NCBI GenBank assembly: GCA_018434685.1
Contig: JAHDOV010000005.1
Coordinates: 997-64,996, forward strand
Direction of reading: 5' to 3'
Source of the DNA: Deltaproteobacteria bacterium
Lineage (GTDB): Bacteria > Desulfobacterota > Desulfomonilia > UBA1062
Length of the DNA stretch: 64,000 nt
Shown: positions 55,174 through 64,000 of the stretch, in pieces
How positions within the stretch are numbered: position 1 is the stretch's first letter
How the letters are laid out: every line of letters begins with the position of its first letter
Made by a program: the position numbers and the translations under genes
The notes under the pieces: generated by a model
What the model was told of the DNA's origin: nothing
The model's input: only the letters and a program-made list of their open reading frames with translations
Databases searched by the model: none

Positions 55174-55553
55174 GATTTGTACACCTCTTTGGGATCAAAG
55201 ACTTTTATTCCGTCTTCGACAATGCTTTCCCCTTCAATCTTCTTGAAGAAACATGATCTGTAACCGGTGTGGCATGCAGCCCCGCCGATCTGCTCCACCT
55301 TCAGGACAACGGTATCGGCGTCGCAGTCCGTACGAACTTCCTTCACCTCCTGAACATTTCCTGATTCTTCCCCTTTTCTCCACAGCCTGTTTCTGGATCT
55401 GCTGTAGTAACAGGCCCTGCCGGTGCGCAGTGTCTCCTCGAATGCCTCCTGGTTCATATAGGCAAGCATGAGGATCTCGCCGGTTTTCCAGTCCTGTGCT
55501 ATGGCCGGTACAAGGCCACCTTGTTTTTCAAAATCGAGTAAATAGTTCATCAT
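55170..55553 (-). CDS. hisI: Phosphoribosyl-AMP cyclohydrolase (monofunctional)
   Basis: [46 protein letters not shown]. Confidence 0.9.
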   Translation of the reverse strand: MMNYLLDFEKQGGLVPAIAQDWKTGEILMLAYMNQEAFEETLRTGRACYYSRSRNRLWRKGEESGNVQEVKEVRTDCDADTVVLKVEQIGGAACHTGYRSCFFKKIEGESIVEDGIKVFDPKEVYKS

Positions 55554-55639
55554 TATCCTCCTGGATGATTGGGGCTTAACAATTTTTGTTCGGCGGTGTC
55601 AAGCGGTCATCTTGAGCCTGGCGGGTGAAAAAGGTATTC

Positions 55640-56986
55640 CTATGGTTTGTGAACGCACAGCCCCAGGACATCTTCCGAGGCCTCTTTGAGGAGCTCGGAC
55701 AAGGTCGGGTGAGGATGATACAGGCCGAGGTAGTCTTCTGCGGTGAGGCCCCTGTCGATTGCCAGGGTGGCTATGCCGATGAGCTCGGTTGCATGGGGGC
55801 TCACGATGGTGACGCGCTCGATCCTGCCGGATGCGGCGCAGATGATATGGGCGTACCCGTCATGAGCCTCCATGGTTCGTGCCCTCCCGAGTGCCGATAG
55901 CGGGAACATGCCGTGCCTGGCAGTGGCATGATCGATCTCGTCAAGATTTTTTCCTGCCGAGGCGATCTCGGGATCGGTAAAGATGATCGTGGGAATGTTG
56001 CGGTAGTTCATCCGCCGGCTTCCCCCGGTGAGGTGGTCCACCGCAACGCCGGCCTCTTTGCTTGCCACATACGCATACATGTGTTCCCCGGTCACGTCGC
56101 CGATGGCATAGATGCCGGGGATGGATGTCTGCATGGTGTCGTCAACCCTGATGCCCCCGGCTTTGTTTATCTCGATTCCGAGGCGTTCGAGGCCCTGCGG
56201 CATCACCGGTGCTCTCCCAATGCACAGGAGGATCTTCTCGACGGCAAGGGTAACCGTCTCTCCGGGTTTTTCGAGGGTGAGCTCATAGGGACCATCGCCG
56301 TGGATATCCTTGACCTGCGAGGACGTGTGCAGGCTCACCTTCCGCTGGGCCTTTGCCAGGAAGGCGGAGACCTCCGGGTCTTCAGAAGGCAGGATCCTGT
56401 CCATGGCCTCGATAATGCTCACCGTGCAGCCAAGCGTGCTGAAGATATGGGCCATTTCCATCCCGATTACGCCTCCTCCGACAATGGCAAGGCTTTGCGG
56501 CAGCTCGGTGACATCGAATATCGTGTCGCTGGTCCATATGCCCTTGACACCGAACAGGGCGGGCTTCTTCGGTGTCGAGCCGGAAGCCACGATCAGGGAA
56601 CGGGTGACGAGCTCCCGGTCACCCACCGTGAGCCTGCCCTGATCAATGATCTGTGCGGGCTGCGGATAGATATCCACGGCCGCGTCCTTGAGGAGCTGTT
56701 CGACCCCCTTTGCCAGGCGGGTGATGATCCTCGATTTCCTCTTATTCAGGGAGCCCAGCGTCAGGACCGGTCTGCCCGCCTCGATGCCGAAGCGTGAGGC
56801 GGCGGTGATCCTGCTGAAAAGATTGATGCTTTCAATGTAGGTTTTTGTGGGGATGCATCCCGTGTTGCTGCAGGTGCCCCCCATGCGGGCCCCTTCCGCA
56901 ATTCCGACCCGCAGCCCTTTCTTTGCAGCGAGCAGTGCAGCGGTGTATCCTCCCGGGCCTGCGCCTATAACGAACAGATCATACAT
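55640..56986 (-). CDS. Dihydrolipoyl dehydrogenase-family FAD disulfide oxidoreductase
   Basis: FAD motif VIGAGPGGY, redox-active disulfide GGTCSNTGCIPTK, NAD motif IVGGGVIGMEMA, and a C-terminal dimerisation domain with HPHPTLSE. No E1 or E2 genes lie nearby. Confidence 0.8.
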   Translation of the reverse strand: MYDLFVIGAGPGGYTAALLAAKKGLRVGIAEGARMGGTCSNTGCIPTKTYIESINLFSRITAASRFGIEAGRPVLTLGSLNKRKSRIITRLAKGVEQLLKDAAVDIYPQPAQIIDQGRLTVGDRELVTRSLIVASGSTPKKPALFGVKGIWTSDTIFDVTELPQSLAIVGGGVIGMEMAHIFSTLGCTVSIIEAMDRILPSEDPEVSAFLAKAQRKVSLHTSSQVKDIHGDGPYELTLEKPGETVTLAVEKILLCIGRAPVMPQGLERLGIEINKAGGIRVDDTMQTSIPGIYAIGDVTGEHMYAYVASKEAGVAVDHLTGGSRRMNYRNIPTIIFTDPEIASAGKNLDEIDHATARHGMFPLSALGRARTMEAHDGYAHIICAASGRIERVTIVSPHATELIGIATLAIDRGLTAEDYLGLYHPHPTLSELLKEASEDVLGLCVHKP

Positions 56987-56988
56987 GG

Positions 56989-57306
56989 TCAGCCTTTCTC
57001 TTCGGGTTTCTTTTCCCTCTTGTTCGGGATGGGATAGTACTTGTCGAGGTAGTTGTGCTTGCGCGCGCCGACGGCCTCACGGTGTATCATGAGCATGTCC
57101 CTCCTCATGAGCGCCTGTTTCCGCAGTGTATTGAAGGCGTCAACCAGGGCATTGTATTCACCGGTGTCAGCTGTTGCTTCCAGCTGCCGAGAGATCCTGC
57201 CCAGTTCCTCCAGGACCATTTCCAGCTTATACCCGGTATGCCCCAGGGCCTTGGCCATTTCCTCGAGGATCTCTTCCTGGGTCTTATCGACACTGTCCTT
57301 CCCCAT
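56989..57306 (-). CDS. Hypothetical 105-aa helical protein coupled to the Lpd-like gene
   Basis: Good coding look with an ATG start. Its stop lies 2 nt before the downstream Lpd-like start. I recognise no family motif. Confidence 0.5.
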   Translation of the reverse strand: MGKDSVDKTQEEILEEMAKALGHTGYKLEMVLEELGRISRQLEATADTGEYNALVDAFNTLRKQALMRRDMLMIHREAVGARKHNYLDKYYPIPNKREKKPEEKG

Positions 57307-57474
57307 AAAAAAGATTTATAACATAGAAGCTCTTGGCGGGAAAGAGGACGTGAAGATGCCGGGATGTGAGGATTGTCTTCCCTCTCAGTGCAAATTGATC
57401 GTATACTGCCTGTTGAGTTGATAAAGAAAAAAGAGGTAAAATCCGATATACCAACATAAGTGGGGGCCTGTCGA

Positions 57475-58791
57475 ATGAAGGAAGGTGCAAGAGGGGAAGG
57501 CATAGATACAAAGATCAGTACCCTGGGAAAACCCGGAATAGATTCGCCGGTGAAATCAACCACCATATTTATCGACGAGACCGAGCGGGTATTGATCAAC
57601 ACCTCTTTAAAGTATGTTCAGAGCTGCGCCGGGAAGAAGACGGCCGTACCTTCCTTTGAACTGGCAGGGCCGAGAAAGAAGATATTCTTTGACCCTTCGA
57701 AGACCAAGTGCGGTGTGGTTACCTGCGGCGGGCTGTGTCCGGGCATCAACGACGTGATCCGCAGCATTGTCCTCGAACTGTACTTTATGTACGGTGTCGA
57801 GAATATCTACGGCATTCCGTACGGTCTCCAGGGGTTTATCCCGAAGTATAAACACTCGTTCATCGAGTTGACACCGTTCTTTGTGGAGCACATCCACGAG
57901 TTCGGGGGGACGGTGCTGGGATCGTCCCGTGGGGCTCAAAACATCGCCGAGATCGTCGATGCGATCGAACGGGTCAACATGAACGTCGTGTTCTTCATCG
58001 GCGGTGACGGGACGCTCAAGGCAGCGTCTGCCGTTGCCCGTGAGGCGCTCGCAAGGGGGTTCAAGTGTTCCGTCATCGGTATTCCCAAGACCATAGACAA
58101 CGACATCAATTTTGTATCGAAGACCTTCGGATTTGACACGGCCGTGGAAGAGGCCAGGGGGGTTATCCAGTGTGCCCATGTCGAGGCCAAGGGGGCGCCT
58201 TTCGGAATCGGGCTGGTCAAGCTCATGGGAAGGGATTCGGGATTTATCGCTGCCAATGCCGCCCTTGCCTCCAGGGATGCGAATTTTGTCCTCGTGCCGG
58301 AGGAAGACTTCGATCTGGATGGCGAGAGGGGATTCCTGGCCTCCCTCGAGAGAAGGCTGCAATCCCGGGGACACGCGGTGATCGTTGCAGCCGAGGGTGC
58401 AGGCCAGAAGTATTTTCAGGATCTCCCGCAAAAAAGCGATGCCTCCGGGAATATCAGGAAGGGGGATATCGGGCTGTTTCTCAGAGATCGTATCGAAGAA
58501 TATTTTCATTCGAAGGATATCGAGATCAATCTCAAGTACATAGACCCCAGCTATGTCATCAGGAGCGTTCCCGCCAATGCGTCGGATTCCATCTTCTGCG
58601 GGTTCCTTGCACAGATGGCAGTGCACGCAGGCATGAGCGGGAAGACGGACATGCTCATCGGCCTGTGGAACAACATGTATGTCCATATGCCCATAGCATT
58701 GAGTACAACAAGCAGAAAGAAGATAGACATTGAAGGCCCCCTGTGGATGTCGGTAAAGGAATCGACAGGGCAGCCGATCATGAAGAATTGA
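57475..58791 (+). CDS. pfk: 6-phosphofructokinase (long ~440-aa clade; GGDG motif suggests ATP dependence)
   Basis: CGGLCPGINDVIR, FFIGGDGTLKAA, IPKTIDNDI and LMGRDSGFIA. The track ORF starts at GTG 57460. Confidence 0.85.
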   Translation: MKEGARGEGIDTKISTLGKPGIDSPVKSTTIFIDETERVLINTSLKYVQSCAGKKTAVPSFELAGPRKKIFFDPSKTKCGVVTCGGLCPGINDVIRSIVLELYFMYGVENIYGIPYGLQGFIPKYKHSFIELTPFFVEHIHEFGGTVLGSSRGAQNIAEIVDAIERVNMNVVFFIGGDGTLKAASAVAREALARGFKCSVIGIPKTIDNDINFVSKTFGFDTAVEEARGVIQCAHVEAKGAPFGIGLVKLMGRDSGFIAANAALASRDANFVLVPEEDFDLDGERGFLASLERRLQSRGHAVIVAAEGAGQKYFQDLPQKSDASGNIRKGDIGLFLRDRIEEYFHSKDIEINLKYIDPSYVIRSVPANASDSIFCGFLAQMAVHAGMSGKTDMLIGLWNNMYVHMPIALSTTSRKKIDIEGPLWMSVKESTGQPIMKN

Positions 58792-58828
58792 GGGACGAAT
58801 AACGTGCATAGAGACAAAGGAGAGGGTT

Positions 58829-59605
58829 ATGAAAGACACTATGTTAGAAGATGACGAAATTATCGATCTCACGGATCTGCTGGAAGAAGGTCAGCCCCCG
58901 GGTGAGAAGACAAAGGCCGGTGAGAGTCAGGATCCCATCTCCCGGATAAACCAACCCGATTCATTCGATCTCGGTAAAGAAATCTCCATGGAATATGACA
59001 TATCGGTGGAGGAGATCGAACACGGGGACGAGGCCCTTGATATCGATGTCACCCTCTCATCCAATGAAACAGCAGCGCTGTCTGAGGAAAAGCCCGGCCA
59101 GGAGGATGTGATCACGCTCGAGGACACCGGCGAGAGCCTTGAAGCAGCCCTCGATGAGGATACTCTGCCAGGTGACAGCGGCCGCGATCATGCCCCTGAT
59201 GAAGAACACGTTATTTCCAGTGATGATACCTTCACCCTGTCTGAGAAGGACCTTCATGGCGGTGAGGAATTCAGTGCCCCCGAGGTGGAATCCTTTTCCG
59301 GCAGAGACGGAGAACCCGAACAGGCAGAGACGTTATCCGGCACGGATGTGACCTTTGGCAGCGCATCGGCTGAAGAGGTCCGACCCGAGTCGATGCCGCT
59401 TGAGGCAGCAGTATCGCGCCCGGGCACAGAGGAATTGATTGAGGACATCCGGCGGGAACTTCCCGAGGTGCTTGAAGGGATCGTGCGGCCTCTCATGGCG
59501 GAACTCATACGGGAGATCATAACCGCCTCGAGAGACGAGCTGCCGGGCATTGTCGAAAAGGTAATACGCGAAGAGATCGAAAAGCTCAAGAAGCTGGATT
59601 CCTAG
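58829..59605 (+). CDS. Highly acidic, probably disordered protein with a conserved-looking helical C-terminus
   Basis: An AGGAGAGGG RBS precedes the ATG. About 200 aa are D/E/S/T-rich, then ELPEVLEGIVRPLMAELIREIITASRDELPGIVEKVIREEIEKLKKL. Confidence 0.55.
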   Translation: MKDTMLEDDEIIDLTDLLEEGQPPGEKTKAGESQDPISRINQPDSFDLGKEISMEYDISVEEIEHGDEALDIDVTLSSNETAALSEEKPGQEDVITLEDTGESLEAALDEDTLPGDSGRDHAPDEEHVISSDDTFTLSEKDLHGGEEFSAPEVESFSGRDGEPEQAETLSGTDVTFGSASAEEVRPESMPLEAAVSRPGTEELIEDIRRELPEVLEGIVRPLMAELIREIITASRDELPGIVEKVIREEIEKLKKLDS

Positions 59606-59941
59606 AGGGGGCCGGGTAAACCCTTTGAAATCCCGTTGAAGGTGCGTATGCACCGCATCGTCAGGATGAGGAGGGCAGCCCGGTTCGTCTGTACCAGCAA
59701 GGTCCTGTCCTGTTTTCCCCCTGTTCAAACCGGCAGGGCCATCATCAGGCAGCGGTGCCTTTGAACCCTTTGGGAGCACCTGCTGACCCGGGATATCACG
59801 CTACCCTTCCCACAGGCATTGGCGCGGCCTCTTTCGGGAAGTGATTCAACCTCTCGTTTAGCCCCACCTGTCGATTATGATTTTTGCCTTTCGCCTTTTT
59901 TCATGCTATGGGATTTGCAGTCTGCACAAGAGGAGAAGGAA

Positions 59942-62578
59942 ATGCTGCATAGAGAATATGACCCCAAAGACATCGAACAGAAATGGTATGATATGTGGCT
60001 TAAGAAGAACTACTTTCATGCGGATGAGGATGACTCCGACAAGCCTACATATTCGATTGTGATCCCTCCTCCCAATGTGACCGGAGTCCTCCACATGGGA
60101 CATGCCCTGAACAATACACTCCAGGATATCATGATCCGGTACAAACGCATGGACGGCTACAATGCCCTGTGGATGCCCGGGACGGATCACGCCGGCATAG
60201 CAACCCAGAACGTGGTGGAGAAGTATCTTGCGGGCAAGGGTGTGTCCAGGCACGACCTGGGGCGGGATGCCTTTATCGACGAGGTATGGAGATGGAGAGA
60301 AAAACACGGAGGGCTTATCATTGGCCAGCTCAAGCGCCTCGGTGCCTCGTGTGACTGGGAGCGAATGCGCTTCACCATGGATGAGGGCTTGTCGAGGGCT
60401 GTCCGGAAGGTGTTCGTGTCACTGTACGACGAGGGGCTGATCTATCGGAGCGATTATATTGTCAACTGGTGTCCGAGGTGTCACAGCGCCATCTCGGATC
60501 TGGAGGTGGAACACGAGGAAGAGGACAGTTTCCTCTGGCACATCAGGTATCCGCTGGCTGACGGAGATGGGGAGGTGGTTGTTGCCACCACAAGGCCCGA
60601 GACCATGCTTGGCGATACCTGCGTTGCGGTCAATCCTTCTGATGAGAGGTATACTGACCTGGTGGGTAAGGAGGTTGTTCTGCCTATCGTGAACCGGCGG
60701 ATCCCCATCGTTGCCGATTACGTCGTCGACAAGGAATTCGGTACCGGCGCGGTCAAGATAACCCCTGCACATGACCTGAATGACTACGAGATGAGCCTGC
60801 GGCATGGCCTCGAGGTGATCGTGATCATGGACGAGTCGGGTATCATGAACGAGAATGCAGGCCCGTACAAAGGTCGCGACCGCTTTGTGTGCAGAAAGGA
60901 TCTGGAGACAGATCTCGAGGAACAGGGCTATCTCGTTGACCGGACGCCGTATCGGGTCCCCGTGGGAAAGTGCTACCGGTGCAAGAGTGTCATCGAGCCC
61001 TACCTCTCCAAGCAGTGGTTCGTACGGACGAAACCCCTGGCCGAAGAGGCTATCAAGGCGGTTCAGGAATCGAGGACGCGCATCCTGCCCAAACAGTGGG
61101 AGAAGACCTATTACGAGTGGATGAACAATATCCGCGACTGGTGCATATCCAGGCAGATCTGGTGGGGACACCGGATCCCCGCGTGGTATTGCGAGGACTG
61201 CGGAGAGGTCATCGTGAGCGAGACAGAACCGGGGGCCTGCAGCAGCTGCAGCTCGGCCAATCTCCGGCAGGAGACCGATGTGCTCGACACCTGGTTCTCT
61301 TCCGGACTGTGGCCGTTTTCCACCATGGGCTGGCCTGATAACACCAAGGCACTCCAGAAGTTCTACCCTACAGCCGTGCTCATCACTGGGTTCGATATCC
61401 TGTTCTTCTGGGTCGCACGGATGATGATGATGGGCATCAAGTTCATGGGCGATGTGCCCTTCGGAGATGTGTATCTCCACGCCCTGGTCCGGGATGAACA
61501 GGGCCAGAAGATGAGCAAGTCAAAGGGCAATATCGTTGACCCGATAGACGAGATGGACCAGTACGGAGCGGATGCATTCCGTTTTGCCCTGACCGCCTTC
61601 GCCGCCATGGGCAGGGATGTTCGGGTGAGTGACAAGCGTATCCAGGGGTATCGGTTCTTCATCAACAAGATATGGAATGCGGGGAAATTCGTGCTGAGCA
61701 ATATCGAGGGCTTCGATCCGAAGTCACTATCCATCAGCCCTGACAAGCTGAGCCTCGCCGACAAGTGGATACTCACCGAACTCAACAAGACCATCAGGGA
61801 TACGCGCTCGGCCCTCGATGAGTACCGCTACAATGATGCTGCCGACAACCTCTACCAGTTTACCTGGCATACCTTCTGCGACTGGTACATCGAGCTGTCG
61901 AAACCCATGATGAACGAAGAGAACGCCCCGTACACCAGGTGGGTCCTCACGCATGTCTACAAGACGCTCCTCGAGCTGCTTCATCCGATCATCCCGTTTG
62001 TGAGTGAAGAGATCTGGCAGAACCTGCCGGGACGAACCAGTGAATCCATCGTGGTAACCCAGTACCCGCAGGTGAATCATGAGCTCGATTTTCCCGATGA
62101 TGCACGCATGATGGAGTGTCTCAACGATGTTATCTCGGGTGTGCGCAGTATCCGGGGAGAGACGAACATAGCGCCTTCCCTTGTGCTTGATATCGTCCTG
62201 AAGGTGAAATCACCGGATATGGAGACCTTGATCGGCACCTACAGTGTATTCATCAGGGAACTGGCGCGGGTCAAGGGTATTGTCTTCATTGCCGAGGGAG
62301 CACCCAGGCCCAGGAAGTGCGCACTGGCAGTGACCTCCGAAGTCGAGGTGTATGTGCCCCTCGAGGGTGTGATCGACCTTGACAAGGAAAAGGAACGTCT
62401 CGATAAACTCATAGCAAAGACCCGGAAAGACCTGGAAGCGAAGCAGAAGAAACTCGAGAACAAAGGGTTCCTGGAAAAGGCAAAGCCGGAAATCGTGGAG
62501 GAACAGGTCCGCCTCAAAGAGGAACTCGATTTCATGCTCGAGAGGCTGCTCAAGGCCCATGCCCTGCTCGAGGGGTGA
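59942..62578 (+). CDS. valS: Valine--tRNA ligase
   Basis: HIGH motif (PPPNVTGVLHMGH), KMSKS, the CP1 editing domain and a C-terminal coiled coil. I prefer the ATG at 59942 after AGGAGAAGGA. The track ORF starts at 59819. Confidence 0.95.
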   Translation: MLHREYDPKDIEQKWYDMWLKKNYFHADEDDSDKPTYSIVIPPPNVTGVLHMGHALNNTLQDIMIRYKRMDGYNALWMPGTDHAGIATQNVVEKYLAGKGVSRHDLGRDAFIDEVWRWREKHGGLIIGQLKRLGASCDWERMRFTMDEGLSRAVRKVFVSLYDEGLIYRSDYIVNWCPRCHSAISDLEVEHEEEDSFLWHIRYPLADGDGEVVVATTRPETMLGDTCVAVNPSDERYTDLVGKEVVLPIVNRRIPIVADYVVDKEFGTGAVKITPAHDLNDYEMSLRHGLEVIVIMDESGIMNENAGPYKGRDRFVCRKDLETDLEEQGYLVDRTPYRVPVGKCYRCKSVIEPYLSKQWFVRTKPLAEEAIKAVQESRTRILPKQWEKTYYEWMNNIRDWCISRQIWWGHRIPAWYCEDCGEVIVSETEPGACSSCSSANLRQETDVLDTWFSSGLWPFSTMGWPDNTKALQKFYPTAVLITGFDILFFWVARMMMMGIKFMGDVPFGDVYLHALVRDEQGQKMSKSKGNIVDPIDEMDQYGADAFRFALTAFAAMGRDVRVSDKRIQGYRFFINKIWNAGKFVLSNIEGFDPKSLSISPDKLSLADKWILTELNKTIRDTRSALDEYRYNDAADNLYQFTWHTFCDWYIELSKPMMNEENAPYTRWVLTHVYKTLLELLHPIIPFVSEEIWQNLPGRTSESIVVTQYPQVNHELDFPDDARMMECLNDVISGVRSIRGETNIAPSLVLDIVLKVKSPDMETLIGTYSVFIRELARVKGIVFIAEGAPRPRKCALAVTSEVEVYVPLEGVIDLDKEKERLDKLIAKTRKDLEAKQKKLENKGFLEKAKPEIVEEQVRLKEELDFMLERLLKAHALLEG

Positions 62579-63282
62579 TGAACAGGATCTTTGGTGGACT
62601 GGTACAGGAGTACCGAGAGTTCGACGCAGTAGACTCCACCAACAGGTATGCCCTCGATGCCGGCATAGTGGGGCTGCTCGTTACGGCACGGTCCCAGACC
62701 CGGGGAAGGGGAACAAAGGGGAGAACGTGGTTCTCCCCTCACGATACCAATCTGTATCTGACCGTAACCCTGGGGGAGCCTGACCAGAGATTTTCCATCA
62801 TCACCGGTGTGGCTGTTCACGATTGCCTTTCCGAACTGTGCAGGGGGATTGAGGTCGAAATCAAATGGCCCAACGACATCATGATCTCCGGCAAAAAGGT
62901 CTGCGGCATCCTGTGTGAATCAAAGGGGGCGTTGACGGCCATCGGCATCGGCATCAATGTCAGGCAGACCGCGTGGCCGGACGACCTGATCGAGACGGCG
63001 ACCTCGCTGAGTGCGGCAACCGGCATGGAATACGAGGTGCCTCAGGTGATGAGACAGGTCCTCAACCGCATGGACCAGTGGTTTCACACCTTTTACGAGA
63101 ACGGATTCCAGCCCGTCCGGCAGCGGTTCCTCGAACACGGCCTCCTTAAGGGTCACCGGATCCGCACGGAAGAAGGTCTTGATTGCACCATCGTGGACCT
63201 CGATATGGAAGGCCGCCTGCTCATCAATGTCTCCGGGAAGCTGAAAACCCTGGTGTCCGGCTCCCTGTTCCTGGAGCGATAA
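62575..63282 (+). CDS. birA: Biotin--[acetyl-CoA-carboxylase] ligase, class I (no HTH domain)
   Basis: GRGTKGRTWFSP motif, KWPNDIMISGKKVCGIL. At 235 aa it lacks an N-terminal repressor domain. It overlaps the valS stop by 4 nt. Confidence 0.85.
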   Translation: MMNRIFGGLVQEYREFDAVDSTNRYALDAGIVGLLVTARSQTRGRGTKGRTWFSPHDTNLYLTVTLGEPDQRFSIITGVAVHDCLSELCRGIEVEIKWPNDIMISGKKVCGILCESKGALTAIGIGINVRQTAWPDDLIETATSLSAATGMEYEVPQVMRQVLNRMDQWFHTFYENGFQPVRQRFLEHGLLKGHRIRTEEGLDCTIVDLDMEGRLLINVSGKLKTLVSGSLFLER

Positions 63283-63448
63283 GTACGATCCGTAACCTGC
63301 TTTTCGGGAATTGTAAGCAATGACAGCCGCCTGCAGCCGGTATCTTCGTATTATTCTGAAATTAATATTGAATTCCTGAAATTAGGACAACCGCCCTTGT
63401 CTTTTATGTGCTCGTCGCTAACATTTCATATACCAAAAGGAGGAGCGT

Positions 63449-63922
63449 ATGCGACTAGACAGGAATATCAAGGAAAAGGTGCACGATCCGTATGATGATG
63501 GGCGGAAGTATTCCGAAGGTACATACTGTCCACAATGTCTGGCTCTCTACCAGGGTGGCAGGTGGAAATGGCCGAAACAGAAGGATACATCTGGCGAGCC
63601 TTTTCTCTGCTCTGCATGCAGGAGGATCCGTGACCGGTTTCCGGCAGGAGAGGTCCATGTATCAGGAAGCTACCTGAATCGGCATAAGGATGAGATCATG
63701 AATCTCATCCAGAATGTTGTCAAGGAAGTGGAAATACGTTCTCCGATGAAAAGGGTAATCGATTTTACACAGGACAAACAGAAGCTGAGTGTGAGCCTGA
63801 CCGACAACCACCTTGCGCGGCATATCGGCGATGCACTCTACAAGGCATATAATGGAGAGCTCGAGGTAAAATATTCCGAAGAAGAAAAATTTGTCAGGCT
63901 TTACTGGCGCCGTGACGCTTGA
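63449..63922 (+). CDS. Conserved zinc-ribbon protein (resembles what I recall as the BCAM0308 family)
   Basis: An AAAGGAGGAG RBS precedes it. CPQC-x(26)-CSAC, then RIRDRFPAGEV and a C-terminal LARHIGDALYKAYNGELEV block. The family name comes from memory only. Confidence 0.55.
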   Translation: MRLDRNIKEKVHDPYDDGRKYSEGTYCPQCLALYQGGRWKWPKQKDTSGEPFLCSACRRIRDRFPAGEVHVSGSYLNRHKDEIMNLIQNVVKEVEIRSPMKRVIDFTQDKQKLSVSLTDNHLARHIGDALYKAYNGELEVKYSEEEKFVRLYWRRDA

Positions 63923-64000
63923 GGCGCCCGCTTATTGTCGATGCCGATGATTTCGGGCTGATCAGGGAGATCCATGAGGGGATTCTCCGGGGACAGGGGA
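63919..64000 (+). CDS. YdjC/ChbG/HpnK-like carbohydrate deacetylase, N-terminal fragment (runs off the window)
   Basis: The frame from TTG 63919 reads MRRPLIVDADDFGLIREIHEGILRGQG. LIVxADDFG is the hallmark N-terminus of YdjC-family proteins. Only 27 codons are visible. Confidence 0.4.
   Translation, partial: MRRPLIVDADDFGLIREIHEGILRGQG

Noticed and set aside
59606-59941. A 336-bp leader upstream of valS, checked for a T-box riboswitch.
   Set aside because: I found no T-box core (AANNNGGGTGGTACCGCG-like) and no specifier-loop/antiterminator arrangement, only short hairpins. The extra 41 codons of the track ORF (59819-59941) lack an RBS, whereas the ATG at 59942 has AGGAGAAGGA upstream.

Overview
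64-kb window from a Gram-negative-type bacterial genome; I cannot assign a taxon from the sequence alone. Nt 1-38750 form a very large, co-directional (+ strand) surface-glycan region. It reads as at least three concatenated assembly loci that differ in base composition. My hand counts on sample lines give about 35-40% GC for 2482-3642 and 7604-14012, 43-50% for the rest of 1-27013, and about 60% for 27934-38748. These are rough counts, not computed values. (a) 1-7238: a diacetamido-uronic-acid-type sugar module (fused WbpB/WbpD-like protein), two tandem Wzz-like co-polymerases, a nucleotide-sugar dehydrogenase and a Wzx-like flippase. (b) 7604-14012: an AT-rich cassette of CapA, a Wzy-like protein, a CapK-like ligase, a large GNAT and a CE4 deacetylase. 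(c) 14233-19627: a bacillosamine-type module (GT4, PglC-like, LbH acetyltransferase, DegT aminotransferase, PglF/CapD dehydratase). (d) 19899-27013: Wzx, Wzy/O-antigen-ligase-like, GT2, then a WbaP-type phosphoglycosyltransferase coupled to an ArnT/PMT-like GT-C membrane protein. tadA and tRNA-Ser(CGA) follow. (e) 27934-38748: a GC-rich locus of GT2, MurJ-like flippase, two GT4, a split Alg14/Alg13-like GT, a second CapK-like ligase, and a second WbaP + GT-C pair. This second GT-C carries an inserted CBM-like jelly-roll domain. The remaining 25 kb is mostly housekeeping: tRNA-Ser(GGA), SRP RNA, dnaX, a DmpA-like peptidase, tRNA-Met(CAU), two GH57 enzymes plus a GalT/HIT-like gene, rsmE, map, hisG, hisI, an Lpd-like flavoprotein, pfk, valS and birA. 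Embedded in it are a PrsT-like TPR lipoprotein and a third large phosphoglycosyltransferase. I saw no intact transposase, integrase, CRISPR array, rRNA, outer-membrane polysaccharide exporter (Wza/OPX) or PCP tyrosine kinase. The strongest candidate for something undescribed is the twice-occurring, translationally coupled WbaP-type PGT + GT-C cassette. Each copy ends a glycan locus just upstream of a tRNA-Ser gene, and only one copy has the CBM-like insertion. All functional calls rest on motif-level recognition by eye, with no database search.
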